This document shows positions 27,320 to 37,005 of a DNA stretch of 64,000 bases, in pieces. The stretch is from Myxococcota bacterium. Its GTDB lineage: Bacteria > Myxococcota_A > UBA796 > SXON01. Position numbers and translations under genes: made by a program. The DNA is taken from contig JAZKFH010000042.1 of the NCBI GenBank assembly GCA_040386535.1, positions 96,001-160,000 of the forward strand. Direction: 5' to 3'. Below the pieces are notes generated by a model. The model had not been told where the DNA came from, made no database searches, and saw nothing but the letters and a program-made list of their open reading frames with translations. Within the stretch, counting starts at the first letter, position 1. Each line of letters starts with the position of its first letter.

Positions 27320-29071
27320 CTACCCGCCGACCACGTCGGCCGCGGGCACGAGCACCACGCCGTCGCGCGGGCCGACCTCGATCGTGACGGTACCGTCTGA
27401 CCCCACGGTGTAGGTGCGGTCGCTCCCCTCGGGGAACACCTCCACCAGCTCGGTGCCCGGCGCGAAGGACACGGGCATCGCGTTGCCCTCGAAGGCGGTG
27501 TGGCTCTCGTGGTCATCCGACGTGTTGATGACCACCAGCACGCTCTGCCCGTCGTAGCTCCGTTCGAACGCGAGGATGTTCGAGTCCTCCTCGCCGCTCA
27601 CCCGGTCGGTCACCCACTTGAGCACGAAATCGCCGCGTCGCAGGGGCACGTAGGCCTTGCGCAGGGCGGTCAGCGTGGCGGTGTGGCGGAACAGGTCCCC
27701 GTCCGTGTCGAAGCCCGTGGTCCAGAGCGGCTCACGATTGGCGGGGTCGTTGCCGCCCGAGAAGCCCTGCTCCGTGCCGTAGTAGAGCGTCGGGATGCCG
27801 TCCTGCGTGAGCAGGTACGTCAATGCGCTCTTGAGCGCCGGGACGCTGTTCTTGTCGAACAGGAAGCGCGGGATGTCGTGGTTGTCCATGAAGTTGACGA
27901 GGATGTCGGTCGGCGGCAGGCCGGCGCCGCGATCGTGCGCGACCGTGCCGAAGTTCGTGGAGCGGGCGGCGAGCAGCGTCTCGATGCGCGTGGTCGGCTG
28001 GTTGAACTTGAACACGTCGTCGTAGACCTGGTACTTCTGGGAGAAGTACACGACGCTGTCGACCTCCTGGTCGAACGTGTAGCTGCCGATGAGCTGGTCG
28101 TCGCCGTCGAAGCTCTCGCCGAACATCAGGAACTTCTCCTTCCCGATCAGCGAGGCGTGGTCGCGGATGGCGGGGCAGAACTCCTGCCAGAACCCGTGCT
28201 CCACGTGCTTGAGCGTGTCGATGCGGAAGCCGTCCAGGTTGGCCGTCTCGAGCCAGTACGCGAACACATCGATGAGCGCCGTGCGCACGTCGGGGTGCTC
28301 GGTCTTCAGGTCCTTGAGGCCGCCCGGGAAGTCCCCGTGGACCACCTGGTCGAAGTCGCCCCAGTTGGTGACGCGCCCGCGGCGGTTGTACCAGTCCGGG
28401 TTGGCGAACTCGGGCGGGTTGGGGAGCACCCGGTTGATCTCCGGCATGTTCACCCACCCCAGGGGCGCCTCGCCGCTCTCGCCGAGCGAGGTCTCGCCCT
28501 GGACGCCGCGGCTGTCGTACGCGGGGTCCCACTCGGTCACGATGTCGACCGTGTCGGAGCCGTCGGTCGAGTAGTACGTCGTGATGTCGGCCTGACCGTT
28601 CCGATTGATGTCGTAGTAGAACAGCTGCCCGACGTGGTTCACCACGATGTCGAGCACCACCTTGATGTCGTTGTCGTGCATCACCTCGACCATCTCGCGG
28701 AGCTTCGGCAGGTCCCCCCAGTGCGGGTTCACGCTCACGAAGTCCTGGGTCCAGTAGCCGTGGTAGCTGCCATTTCCCGCGTCGGACTCGACGTTCACGA
28801 CTACCGGCGAGATCCACAACGTGGTGACGCCAAGCTCCTTGAGGTAGTCGACCTTGTCGATGATCCCCTGGTAGTCGCCGCCCAGGTAGCGGGACAGGTT
28901 GCTCTCGTCGTAGGTGACGTTGTAGTCGTTGTTCACGTCGCCGTTGGCGAAGCGATCGACGAGCAGCTGGTAGATCACCTCGTCACGCCAGTCCTCGACG
29001 TGGTTGGTGATCTCGGGGGGCTGCGTGTAGGGCGAGGAGTCGACACACGCGAGGAGCGCGAGGAGCGTCAC
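27320..29071 (-). CDS. GH13 alpha-amylase family lipoprotein
   Basis: LLAC lipobox; IYQLLVDRF, YHGYW, DIVVNH, DGFRIDTLKH, FGE, DNHD. Confidence 0.93.
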   Translation of the reverse strand: MTLLALLACVDSSPYTQPPEITNHVEDWRDEVIYQLLVDRFANGDVNNDYNVTYDESNLSRYLGGDYQGIIDKVDYLKELGVTTLWISPVVVNVESDAGNGSYHGYWTQDFVSVNPHWGDLPKLREMVEVMHDNDIKVVLDIVVNHVGQLFYYDINRNGQADITTYYSTDGSDTVDIVTEWDPAYDSRGVQGETSLGESGEAPLGWVNMPEINRVLPNPPEFANPDWYNRRGRVTNWGDFDQVVHGDFPGGLKDLKTEHPDVRTALIDVFAYWLETANLDGFRIDTLKHVEHGFWQEFCPAIRDHASLIGKEKFLMFGESFDGDDQLIGSYTFDQEVDSVVYFSQKYQVYDDVFKFNQPTTRIETLLAARSTNFGTVAHDRGAGLPPTDILVNFMDNHDIPRFLFDKNSVPALKSALTYLLTQDGIPTLYYGTEQGFSGGNDPANREPLWTTGFDTDGDLFRHTATLTALRKAYVPLRRGDFVLKWVTDRVSGEEDSNILAFERSYDGQSVLVVINTSDDHESHTAFEGNAMPVSFAPGTELVEVFPEGSDRTYTVGSDGTVTIEVGPRDGVVLVPAADVVGG

Positions 29072-31116
29072 GAGCGCCTCCGACGAACGAGCAGGAGGGG
29101 GAGGAGGAGGCCGACGGCCCACGGCGCGGGAGACGGCGACGTGGCGCAGCCGCAGTCCCCGGCGATGAGGGGTGGGCCGCTGACAGGATCCTGGCACACA
29201 CGGTCCGCGACGTCGCGGCCCTGCATCGCGAGGACGTACGCGCCGGCGCCAAACCCGAGCATGGGGGCGGGGCCGGCAAAGTCGGCGTTCGCCGGGTCGA
29301 GCAATTCGGGGAGGATGCGGTTGTTCGCCATCCCCTGCGCGGTGACCCAGTCCTCGAGCACAGCGGCGTCGTCGGGGCGGCAGGAGCGGCGGAGGGCCTC
29401 GGCGACGCGCAGGTCGATGACGATCCACTCGTGCTCGTCGTAGGTGCTGCCGTCGTCGTTGCGGTGGTAACCGGTGCCGGCGTCGACCTTGAGCTCGCGG
29501 TCCCACGCGGCGAGCGAGGCGGTGAAGCTGTCGCTGCGCGGATCGAGGATGCCGAGGTTGAAGACCTCGATCGCGGAGAGATCGAGGTAGCCCTCGGCCG
29601 CGTCGAGCTCCTCCTTGCTGCCGGCCAGGACCCCCGCGGCGTCGACGAGGTGCTCGGGGATGGCGGCCGCGATCTCGTCGGCTGCAGCTCGATATGTATC
29701 ACCGCGTGTATCACCGAGGGTGTCGGCGATCTCCGCCGCCGCCCGCAGCCCCTCCACCGCCCACGCGGACGAGTAGGTGAATTGCTTCTGCTTGCCGTTC
29801 CAGTGCCGCTCCCAGATGGAGGAGTCCGGCAGGAGCAGGCCCGTGTTCGGGTCGACCAGGCGCACGAGTACGTCGGCCACGCCGTCGAGCGCGCGGGGAG
29901 CCACGTCGTCGAGCAGCGTCGGGTCGCCTTCGACCACGTTCCCGAGCGCCCAGAGGTAGAGCCCGAAGTTGTCGAACTCGATGTTCGGCCCGTCGGCGTC
30001 GAGATCGGTCCACTCGGTGCCGTCGCCATACACGCGGCACACGCTCACCGCGTAGTCCGCGTCCCCGACGTAGGAGCGGTAGTCTCCGGTCTTCCCCTCC
30101 TGGATGAGGAAGCGCAGCGCGGCCGCGGCCTCCTCGGCGTAGCCGGCGTCGTTCAAGGCCACGATCGCGTAGGCGCCGTCGCGCACCCAGGCGATGTTCC
30201 AGATGTGTTGGAAGTCCCCGACCGGCGCCGAGAGCGGCAACGAGGCGGGGATCTGCCCGTGAGCGTCGCCCTCCTCGGCCACCTGGCCCATCTTGAGGAA
30301 GGCGAGCTGCTGGCGATACACCAGGGTCTCGTCCGCGGTGAGCCCCGCCGGCATCGTCCCGCGCGCGTGGAACAGCTCCCACAGGCCGCGCTCGAACTCC
30401 AGCCACTGCTCGGGATCGCCGTCGATCCAGTCGTGCCCGACGGTCGACGTGTGCACGCCCACCGTCCACGACTCCCCCGGCGCCAGCGACGGGATCGACC
30501 AGCCGAACGCCGGCACCACGTCGTCCCCCGCCGTGTTGCAGCCGCCGCCGATCCGCCCGCCCGCGTTGACCGTGTCGTAGACCGACGCACATGACACATC
30601 GGTGGCGTCGGGCGCCTGGTACGTCAGTGATACATCGGCGCCCGTCTCGCTCACGTCCTGCGCGCTCGCCGACCCGACGGACTCGGTGCCGCCGGTGTGC
30701 CAGTTGAGCAGCGCCACCATCTGGAACGCGGGTGTGGCGCTCGTCCCCGTGTTGGTGATGCGCGCCACCTGGGCGAGCCCGAAGCCGCCCATGGACATCG
30801 GCGCGAACGCGTACTCGGTGACCGCGAGGTCGCCGTAGGCGCGCTCGACCACGAGGATCCCGGTGCCGTCCTCGATCGTGGCGGACGCGGCCTCGGTGAG
30901 CCAGCCGCCGCCGCCGTCAAGGTCGGTGACGCCGAAGTAGGTGTCGTAGAGCACCTCCGGGGTCACGACGCCCGGGCTGTACTCCTGGTACAGGTGCGGG
31001 TACGCCTCGCCCAGGCGATCGTCGGAGAAGACCACCGCTCCGTAGCCGTTGGCGGTCACGAGCTTGGGGTAGCTGTAGTGGGGGGCGGCGCCGAGCAACA
31101 GCGAGATCGCGAGCAT
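29068..31116 (-). CDS. GH15-like glucoamylase (six-hairpin glycosidase) with a MYXO-CTERM-like tail
   Basis: AWVRDGAY and DSSIWERH GH15-type motifs; DCGCAT, TM helix, RRRS. Confidence 0.8.
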   Translation of the reverse strand: MLAISLLLGAAPHYSYPKLVTANGYGAVVFSDDRLGEAYPHLYQEYSPGVVTPEVLYDTYFGVTDLDGGGGWLTEAASATIEDGTGILVVERAYGDLAVTEYAFAPMSMGGFGLAQVARITNTGTSATPAFQMVALLNWHTGGTESVGSASAQDVSETGADVSLTYQAPDATDVSCASVYDTVNAGGRIGGGCNTAGDDVVPAFGWSIPSLAPGESWTVGVHTSTVGHDWIDGDPEQWLEFERGLWELFHARGTMPAGLTADETLVYRQQLAFLKMGQVAEEGDAHGQIPASLPLSAPVGDFQHIWNIAWVRDGAYAIVALNDAGYAEEAAAALRFLIQEGKTGDYRSYVGDADYAVSVCRVYGDGTEWTDLDADGPNIEFDNFGLYLWALGNVVEGDPTLLDDVAPRALDGVADVLVRLVDPNTGLLLPDSSIWERHWNGKQKQFTYSSAWAVEGLRAAAEIADTLGDTRGDTYRAAADEIAAAIPEHLVDAAGVLAGSKEELDAAEGYLDLSAIEVFNLGILDPRSDSFTASLAAWDRELKVDAGTGYHRNDDGSTYDEHEWIVIDLRVAEALRRSCRPDDAAVLEDWVTAQGMANNRILPELLDPANADFAGPAPMLGFGAGAYVLAMQGRDVADRVCQDPVSGPPLIAGDCGCATSPSPAPWAVGLLLPLLLVRRRRS

Positions 31117-31124
31117 GTCAGCTC

Positions 31125-32465
31125 CTACCGGTACGTCTGCGAGTTGATCCACCACTCCGCCCCGACGCCGACGAAGTGCTGCACCGGGCGGGACGAGCGG
31201 CTGTCCCGCTCGGCGTACCAGCTGCGTGCGTCCTCGTTGAGGAGCGAGAGCGTGTACTGGAGCCGCACCTGGGGGCGTGCGAACGTGCCGCGGCGGGGCT
31301 GCACCGCGGGGAGGAGCGAGAGCTTGGTGATCTCGGGGGTGCCCTGCTCACCGGTGCGCGCCAGGACCGAGTCCCGCCACATCCACTGGTGGGAGCCTTC
31401 GAGGCCGATGGAGAGCCACTTCGTCGGGTACGCGGACGGGCGCACCGCCAGGATCCACTCGTTGCCGTCGTCGAAGTCGACGTCCTCGCCGTCCGCGTCG
31501 GACCAGCCGCGCCAGTAGGCGCCCGCGGCCACACCCCACGGGCCGCCCTCGTGGTTGCCGGCGAGCGCGACGAGGTCTTCGCGGGCCGCGTTCACGGACC
31601 GGTCGATCGCGAGGCCGTCGGTCGGCACGGTGAGCTCGCCCGTGGCAGCGATACCCTGGGCGTGCTTGTAGAAGAGGTGGACGTAGCTGTCCTTCGCCCA
31701 GCCGAACGCGGAGACCTCGCCGCCCACGAGCCAGCCGGTCTCGGCGGGCAACGTTTGCGTCAGGGTGTCCTCCACCACCCGCTCTCCGGCGGGCAAGGTG
31801 TGGACCTCGCCGTAGAGCTTCGGGCGCAGACCGATGTCGTCGAAGCGGAACGTGTGCGAGCCCTTGAGCGAGGCGACCATGCGTTGCCGGTCGAGGACCG
31901 TGACCCACTCCGCGCCCACGCCGCCCGGGAGCGTCTCGGCCTGCTGCTGGTACTGCCACTCGTCGTCGGAGAGGCGGTTCAGCCCGACGTGCGCGCCGAC
32001 CCAGGTGTCGTCCGTCGCGTAGAAGGCGCCGCCGCCCACGGTGTTGAGCGAGTCGAGCGGCCAGAAGTCGAGGAGGTAGACGTCGTCGCCCCGATACATC
32101 CGCGAGCCCGCCCACACGCCGAGGCCGGCCACGCCCACGTCGTCGGCCTGGACGTAGAGGTTGCGGATGGCGAGCGTCGCGTCGAACGTGCCGTCGTAGT
32201 GGAAGAGCGGCCCGGCGAGGGCGGGCGTGACGAGGATGCGGAAGGTCGGCGCTCCGGACTCCGCGTCGGGCGTGACCTTCCAGCCGAGGTCCAACTCCAG
32301 GTACGGATCCTGCTCGAGCCGGCTGCCGTGGGCCACGAGGTTGGTCGGATCCCCCTGGCCGCCGGTCGTGTCGGTGCTGACCTGCACGCGGCCGTAGGAG
32401 CCGAGGATCACTTCTGTTTCGGCGGCTGATACAAGTGATACAACCGAGATGAGCGAGACGATCAT
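31125..32465 (-). CDS. LamB/maltoporin-like carbohydrate porin
   Basis: GSRLEQDPYLEL, WAGSRMYRGDDVYLLDFWP, C-terminal GVGAEWW; located between amylases. Confidence 0.8.
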   Translation of the reverse strand: MIVSLISVVSLVSAAETEVILGSYGRVQVSTDTTGGQGDPTNLVAHGSRLEQDPYLELDLGWKVTPDAESGAPTFRILVTPALAGPLFHYDGTFDATLAIRNLYVQADDVGVAGLGVWAGSRMYRGDDVYLLDFWPLDSLNTVGGGAFYATDDTWVGAHVGLNRLSDDEWQYQQQAETLPGGVGAEWVTVLDRQRMVASLKGSHTFRFDDIGLRPKLYGEVHTLPAGERVVEDTLTQTLPAETGWLVGGEVSAFGWAKDSYVHLFYKHAQGIAATGELTVPTDGLAIDRSVNAAREDLVALAGNHEGGPWGVAAGAYWRGWSDADGEDVDFDDGNEWILAVRPSAYPTKWLSIGLEGSHQWMWRDSVLARTGEQGTPEITKLSLLPAVQPRRGTFARPQVRLQYTLSLLNEDARSWYAERDSRSSRPVQHFVGVGAEWWINSQTYR

Positions 32466-34870
32466 TCGGGCACCAGCACGCGCGAGCCGTACGCGGGGAC
32501 ATCGATGGACAGGGAGTCTCCCACGGTCTGGAACACGGTGCCGGTGAGGACGTCGCGATACGCGCCCTCCGGCAGGCCGGCGAACGCGACGCCGTTGCTG
32601 ACGGTGCGCGCAGCGTCGGAGCGGTTGAGAAGGACGAGGACCCCGTCTCGACCACCACGCGGGTCGTCGGTCGCGCGGGCGTAGGCGTAGAAGTCCGGCT
32701 CGCCGCCCCACCACTCGGTGCGGGTGCCACGTGAGAACGCGGGGTGGTCGCGACGCGCCTGGCCGAGCGCCATCACGTGGGCCAACACCATCGCCTCGTC
32801 CGCGGAGAGGTCGGCGCCGAACCGCATGGGCTGGCGGTTGTCGGGGTCGTTGAAGCCGGGGAGGCCGATCTCGTCGCCGTAGTAGACGAGCGGAAGGCCC
32901 TCACTGGTGAGCAGGAAGGTCCACGCGAGGTTGAGCCGCTGGTAGGGCTCCGACCAGTCCGGCGGGGTGTCGACGCCGCGGAGCGAGCCGTCGCCGCCGC
33001 ACGCCGAGTCTCCGTACAACGAGCTGATCTCGCCAGTGGCCTGGGGGATGAACCGCGCCACGTCATGGTTGCCCAGGAACGTGCTCATCAGGTGCCCGCC
33101 GAACGCGGCCTCGGAGTCGGCGAAGGTGTCCTGGAGCGAGCCCTCCCCGTTGGAGAGCCCGATCTCGTCGCGCGCGAACGCCGCCACGATCGCCCAGTAC
33201 ACGGGGAAGTCGAACTGCCCGTCGAGCTCGCGATCGTTCACGTAGGACAGGATGAGATCACGGTCGCCCGAGTAGGTCTCGCCGACGGTGTAGAAGTCCT
33301 CGGCGTGCTCGAGCTCGTTCCGCGCGCGGCTGGCGAAGTTGTAGAAGACGCTGTGCGGCATGTGCTTCACCGCGTCGACCCGGTAGCCGTCGAACTCGTA
33401 CTCCTTGGCCCACACCATCGCGTCGTCCACCATCTGGACGAGCGGCTCGGCCTCGTAGTAGCGGATGTCGGGGAGGAAGCTGTCGAACCAGCAGGTCTCG
33501 GGGATGTCGTTCCAGTTGTCCGCGTCCCCGCAGAGCGCCTGGTGGGTGAACCACTCGGGGTGCTCGGCGTAGTACGGGTGGTCGGAGTGGACGTGGTTGC
33601 CGACCCAGTCGGTGAGCACGCGCATGCCGCGGGCGTGGGCCTCGTCCACCAGGCGGCGGAGCAGCGCGGCGTCTCCGAAGTGCTCCTCGGTGCCGAACGC
33701 GTCCGACGGCCAGTAGCCGTGGTAGCCGGAGTACGATGTGTTGCAGGTGGTGCCCCACGCCCCCGCCGCGTTGTCTTGCGGGGCCGTTAGCCAGAGCACG
33801 GTGACGCCGAGATCGTCGAGGTAGTCGAGCTTGTCGATCACCCCCTGCCAGTCCCCGCCGACGTAGTCCGTGCTCTCGGTGGAGGTGGCCTCGGATGTAT
33901 CACGGGATGTGTCACCGTTCGCGAACCGGTCGACGAACACGTAGTACATGAGGCCACCGGCCCAGTCGCGATCGTCGAGCCACACGGGGACGTAGAGCTG
34001 CTCCGCGCTGCGCCCGAACGAGTCGGTCACGTCGAACCGCAGCGTGTGTCGCCCGTCGCTCAATGTGTCACTGGTGAACCGGAACCGCTCGCCGTCCCAT
34101 GCGTCGATGGCCTCGCCGTCCAGGGTGGCGGTCACGCTGGCGATGTCCCCGGTGACCGCGACCTCGATGCCGATCGTGTCCGCATCGCGGTCGACCGCGA
34201 TGCCCGTGACCTCCATCGTCGGCAACGAACAGTCCGCCACCACGACGAGGCTGTTGCACGCGTTGGCCCCGAGCGGGCAGGTGGGATCCCACGTATACCC
34301 CTCGTCACACTGGGCGAAGTCGCCCTCCGGGTCACACGCCCAGGACTCGGTGCCCGCCGTGTAGTCGGCCTCGACGAACTTGTAGGCGTAGGTGCCCGGC
34401 GCGAGGTCGACGCTGACGGTCCACTCGCTGCCGGACGCGGTCATCGGCGTCTCGGAGGGGCTCCACTCGTTGAACGCGCCCGCCACGAACACCTGGTCGG
34501 CGTCGCCGCGGGCCGTGTAGGTGAACGTGGTGGCGCACGTGGTCGCCGAGCCGCCCACGAGCACGGGGACCTCGGTGGTGGCGGCGTTTCCGCACGCGTC
34601 GGTCGCCGTGAGCGTGAGGCTGGTCTCCCCCGAGAAGCCGCTCTCCGGCACGAGCACCAGCTCGCTCCCGTCCAGATCGACGAGGAGGCCGTCGGCCGCC
34701 TCGAAGGTGAACGTCGGCACGCCATCGTCATCGTCGACCACGAGCGCCGCGAGCTCGAGCGTGATCCGCTCGTCCTCCCCCACCACGAGGGGATCGGGGC
34801 CAGTCCACATCGGCGCATCGCGCCCGCAGCAGGCCGGAAGGAGCAGGAGGAGGGGGAAGGATGCCCGCAT
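32462..34870 (-). CDS. GH13 alpha-amylase family lipoprotein with a CBM48-like domain
   Basis: Lipobox; VFVAGAFNEW..LAPGTYAYKFV (CBM48-like); YHGYWP, DGYRVDAVKH, VGE, GNHD. Confidence 0.92.
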   Translation of the reverse strand: MRASFPLLLLLPACCGRDAPMWTGPDPLVVGEDERITLELAALVVDDDDGVPTFTFEAADGLLVDLDGSELVLVPESGFSGETSLTLTATDACGNAATTEVPVLVGGSATTCATTFTYTARGDADQVFVAGAFNEWSPSETPMTASGSEWTVSVDLAPGTYAYKFVEADYTAGTESWACDPEGDFAQCDEGYTWDPTCPLGANACNSLVVVADCSLPTMEVTGIAVDRDADTIGIEVAVTGDIASVTATLDGEAIDAWDGERFRFTSDTLSDGRHTLRFDVTDSFGRSAEQLYVPVWLDDRDWAGGLMYYVFVDRFANGDTSRDTSEATSTESTDYVGGDWQGVIDKLDYLDDLGVTVLWLTAPQDNAAGAWGTTCNTSYSGYHGYWPSDAFGTEEHFGDAALLRRLVDEAHARGMRVLTDWVGNHVHSDHPYYAEHPEWFTHQALCGDADNWNDIPETCWFDSFLPDIRYYEAEPLVQMVDDAMVWAKEYEFDGYRVDAVKHMPHSVFYNFASRARNELEHAEDFYTVGETYSGDRDLILSYVNDRELDGQFDFPVYWAIVAAFARDEIGLSNGEGSLQDTFADSEAAFGGHLMSTFLGNHDVARFIPQATGEISSLYGDSACGGDGSLRGVDTPPDWSEPYQRLNLAWTFLLTSEGLPLVYYGDEIGLPGFNDPDNRQPMRFGADLSADEAMVLAHVMALGQARRDHPAFSRGTRTEWWGGEPDFYAYARATDDPRGGRDGVLVLLNRSDAARTVSNGVAFAGLPEGAYRDVLTGTVFQTVGDSLSIDVPAYGSRVLVPE

Positions 34871-34936
34871 GGGGCGACGGTATCTCATCTGGAGGGCCAG
34901 CGCGCGGGGCTATACGGGCGGGAGAGGTTTGCCGGA

Positions 34937-35806
34937 ATGGTCGTCCTGTTGATCCTGGGGTTCGCGTGCGGCCCCCGCGTGCCGCCGACGGTGTCGACGG
35001 ACCCGCAGATGACCGTCTCGCTGCTCCCGGAGGCGCTCCGTGGCCTCTCCGGCATCACCGTGGACGAGACCGGGCGGCTCTGGGCGGTCACGGAGCGCAC
35101 CGCCGCGCTGGTGCCGCTGCGGCTCGACGGGAGCCGCGTCGTGGAGGACGGCGCGCCGATCCCGGTCGCCGGGTGGCGCGCGGACACGGACGCCGAGTCG
35201 ATCGCGTGGGTGGGGCCCGGTCGGTTCGTGCTGGGCGCCGAGCCGCGGTGGGCCGGTGAACGCGACACCGACGCCGTCGTAGAGGTGACGGTGACCGGCG
35301 GGGCGGCCGCCGTGACGGGCACGCGGACGGTGGCGTACGCGCCGTTCGGGGTGCGCGCGGAGGCCAACCGGGGCCTGGAGGGCCTCGCGAGCACGCCCGA
35401 CGCGGTCGTGGCCGCGGCGGAGACGGTGGTGGCGACCGCGGCCGGGCGGGACACCCCGTTGTGGCGGCTGGCGCCCGACGGCACCGTGACGACGGCGCGG
35501 CTGCGCCTCACCAGCGAGACCGGCAAGGTGTCGGACCTCGCGGCGCGGGACGAGGGCGGGGTGACCCATCTGCTCGCGATCGAGCGCCACTATTCGGTGT
35601 CGCGGCTGGTGGCGGCGGATGTGACCTGGGGGAGCCCGGAGGCCACGCCGGCAACGGTCGTGCGGGACCTCGCGGCCGTGCTCACGCCGGTGCCGAACCT
35701 GGAGGGCATCGTGTGGCTCGCGGACGGGCGCGTGGTGCTGCTCGCGGACAACGACAGCGGCGGGCAGGCGGGGCCGGTCGTCGCGGTGGTGATCGCGGGG
35801 TTGTGA
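34937..35806 (+). CDS. Phytase-like/SdiA-regulated beta-propeller lipoprotein
   Basis: GFAC lipobox; GLSGI, DAESIA, NRGLEGLA, NLEGI, DND. Confidence 0.7.
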   Translation: MVVLLILGFACGPRVPPTVSTDPQMTVSLLPEALRGLSGITVDETGRLWAVTERTAALVPLRLDGSRVVEDGAPIPVAGWRADTDAESIAWVGPGRFVLGAEPRWAGERDTDAVVEVTVTGGAAAVTGTRTVAYAPFGVRAEANRGLEGLASTPDAVVAAAETVVATAAGRDTPLWRLAPDGTVTTARLRLTSETGKVSDLAARDEGGVTHLLAIERHYSVSRLVAADVTWGSPEATPATVVRDLAAVLTPVPNLEGIVWLADGRVVLLADNDSGGQAGPVVAVVIAGL

Positions 35807-35819
35807 GCCCGCGGGCGCC

Positions 35820-36788
35820 TCAGCTGCTCCAGGCCGCGAGCACGCGCGCCAGCTCGTCCGCCGCGTCGCCGAACTCCGGGTTGGGCCCGCGCAACGAGGG
35901 CGGGTACAGCGGCAAGACGGCCCCGCGCACGAGCGGCGCGAGCCTGCCCATCGTGTCCCGGCCGAGCGGCAACGGCAGGAGGTTCACGGGCGCGTCGGTG
36001 CGGTGGAGAGCCTCCGTGGCGTGGTCTTCGGAGGCCGCGACCTGGGCGTGGGGCAGGAACAGGCGGTGGCAGGCGTGGAAGAGGCGGGGGAACGCGGCCG
36101 CCATGTGGGCGGGGAGCGTGTCCCCTGTGAGCCCGATGGTGCGCACCACGCCGAGCAGGGGGATCGCGGTGTGGGAGGCCCCCGGAAGGTCGCGGAACTC
36201 GGGCTGCGAGTACGGGACGCGGGTGGGATCCATCACCTTGAACCCGGAGCGGCCGTACGCGAGCAGGCGCACGACAGCCTCGGGCTCGCTCGGGTTCACG
36301 GGCTCCATCTCGGCCACCACGAGGGTCGGGAGCGGGCGGCCGACCCGCTCGGCCACCACGCGCCGCGCGAAGGTGACCGGCACGGCGCGGAACGCGGCCG
36401 CGAGCCCGGACCGGCGGTGCGAGGGCGCCACGTAGGAGTGGGAGAGCGCTACGACGCAGATACCGCGCTCGTGATCGATGTCGACATAACAGTCGCGCAC
36501 GCCGACGAGCTGGCTCCCCTCCCAGGCGCCCACGAGGTGGTAAACGCCTTCGAGCCCGTTCCCGAAGGGGAGCACGCGGTCGCGCACGAAGCCGGCCAGG
36601 GCGGCCTTGTCCTCCAGCTCGCCCCGCGCGAGGAAGAAGCCGGCGAGCAGCTCGTAGGCGGCCTCGAACTCGGGGCCGTCGGGATCGCGCACCTCGGCGA
36701 TCCGCACATGGCTCAAGGCGGCGCTGGCCTTTTCGCGGTCGAGCGGCGCGACGTCGGCGAGATCGAGCAGGGGTTCGGACGAGGTCAA
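35820..36788 (-). CDS. GNAT-fold-like hypothetical protein
   Basis: YVAPSHRRSGLA acetyl-CoA-binding-like motif, YGRSGF, YSQP; the TTG start is inferred. Confidence 0.65.
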   Translation of the reverse strand: MTSSEPLLDLADVAPLDREKASAALSHVRIAEVRDPDGPEFEAAYELLAGFFLARGELEDKAALAGFVRDRVLPFGNGLEGVYHLVGAWEGSQLVGVRDCYVDIDHERGICVVALSHSYVAPSHRRSGLAAAFRAVPVTFARRVVAERVGRPLPTLVVAEMEPVNPSEPEAVVRLLAYGRSGFKVMDPTRVPYSQPEFRDLPGASHTAIPLLGVVRTIGLTGDTLPAHMAAAFPRLFHACHRLFLPHAQVAASEDHATEALHRTDAPVNLLPLPLGRDTMGRLAPLVRGAVLPLYPPSLRGPNPEFGDAADELARVLAAWSS

Positions 36789-37005
36789 TCGTGCTCCGGG
36801 CGCGCCAAGGTACCGCGGGGGCGTGAGGGGTGCGGAGGGCGCGTGGGCGCGGAGCGACCGCGCGGTTCGGCGCCCCCCGGCGCGGAGCGGCGGGGCCGCG
36901 CCAACGGAGGGCCTTCGGCCCGACCCCGCAGCGGCCCGTCCCCGGCGCCTCGCCGGGGACACGCCCTGAAGGCGAACGCGCGCCCTTCGTGACACACTCC
37001 CCGCC

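Noticed and set aside
36800..36970. GC-rich intergenic stretch as an ncRNA or riboswitch (also 58655-58850 and 62330-62480)
   Set aside because: Hairpins are expected at this GC content and I recognised no conserved RNA motif.
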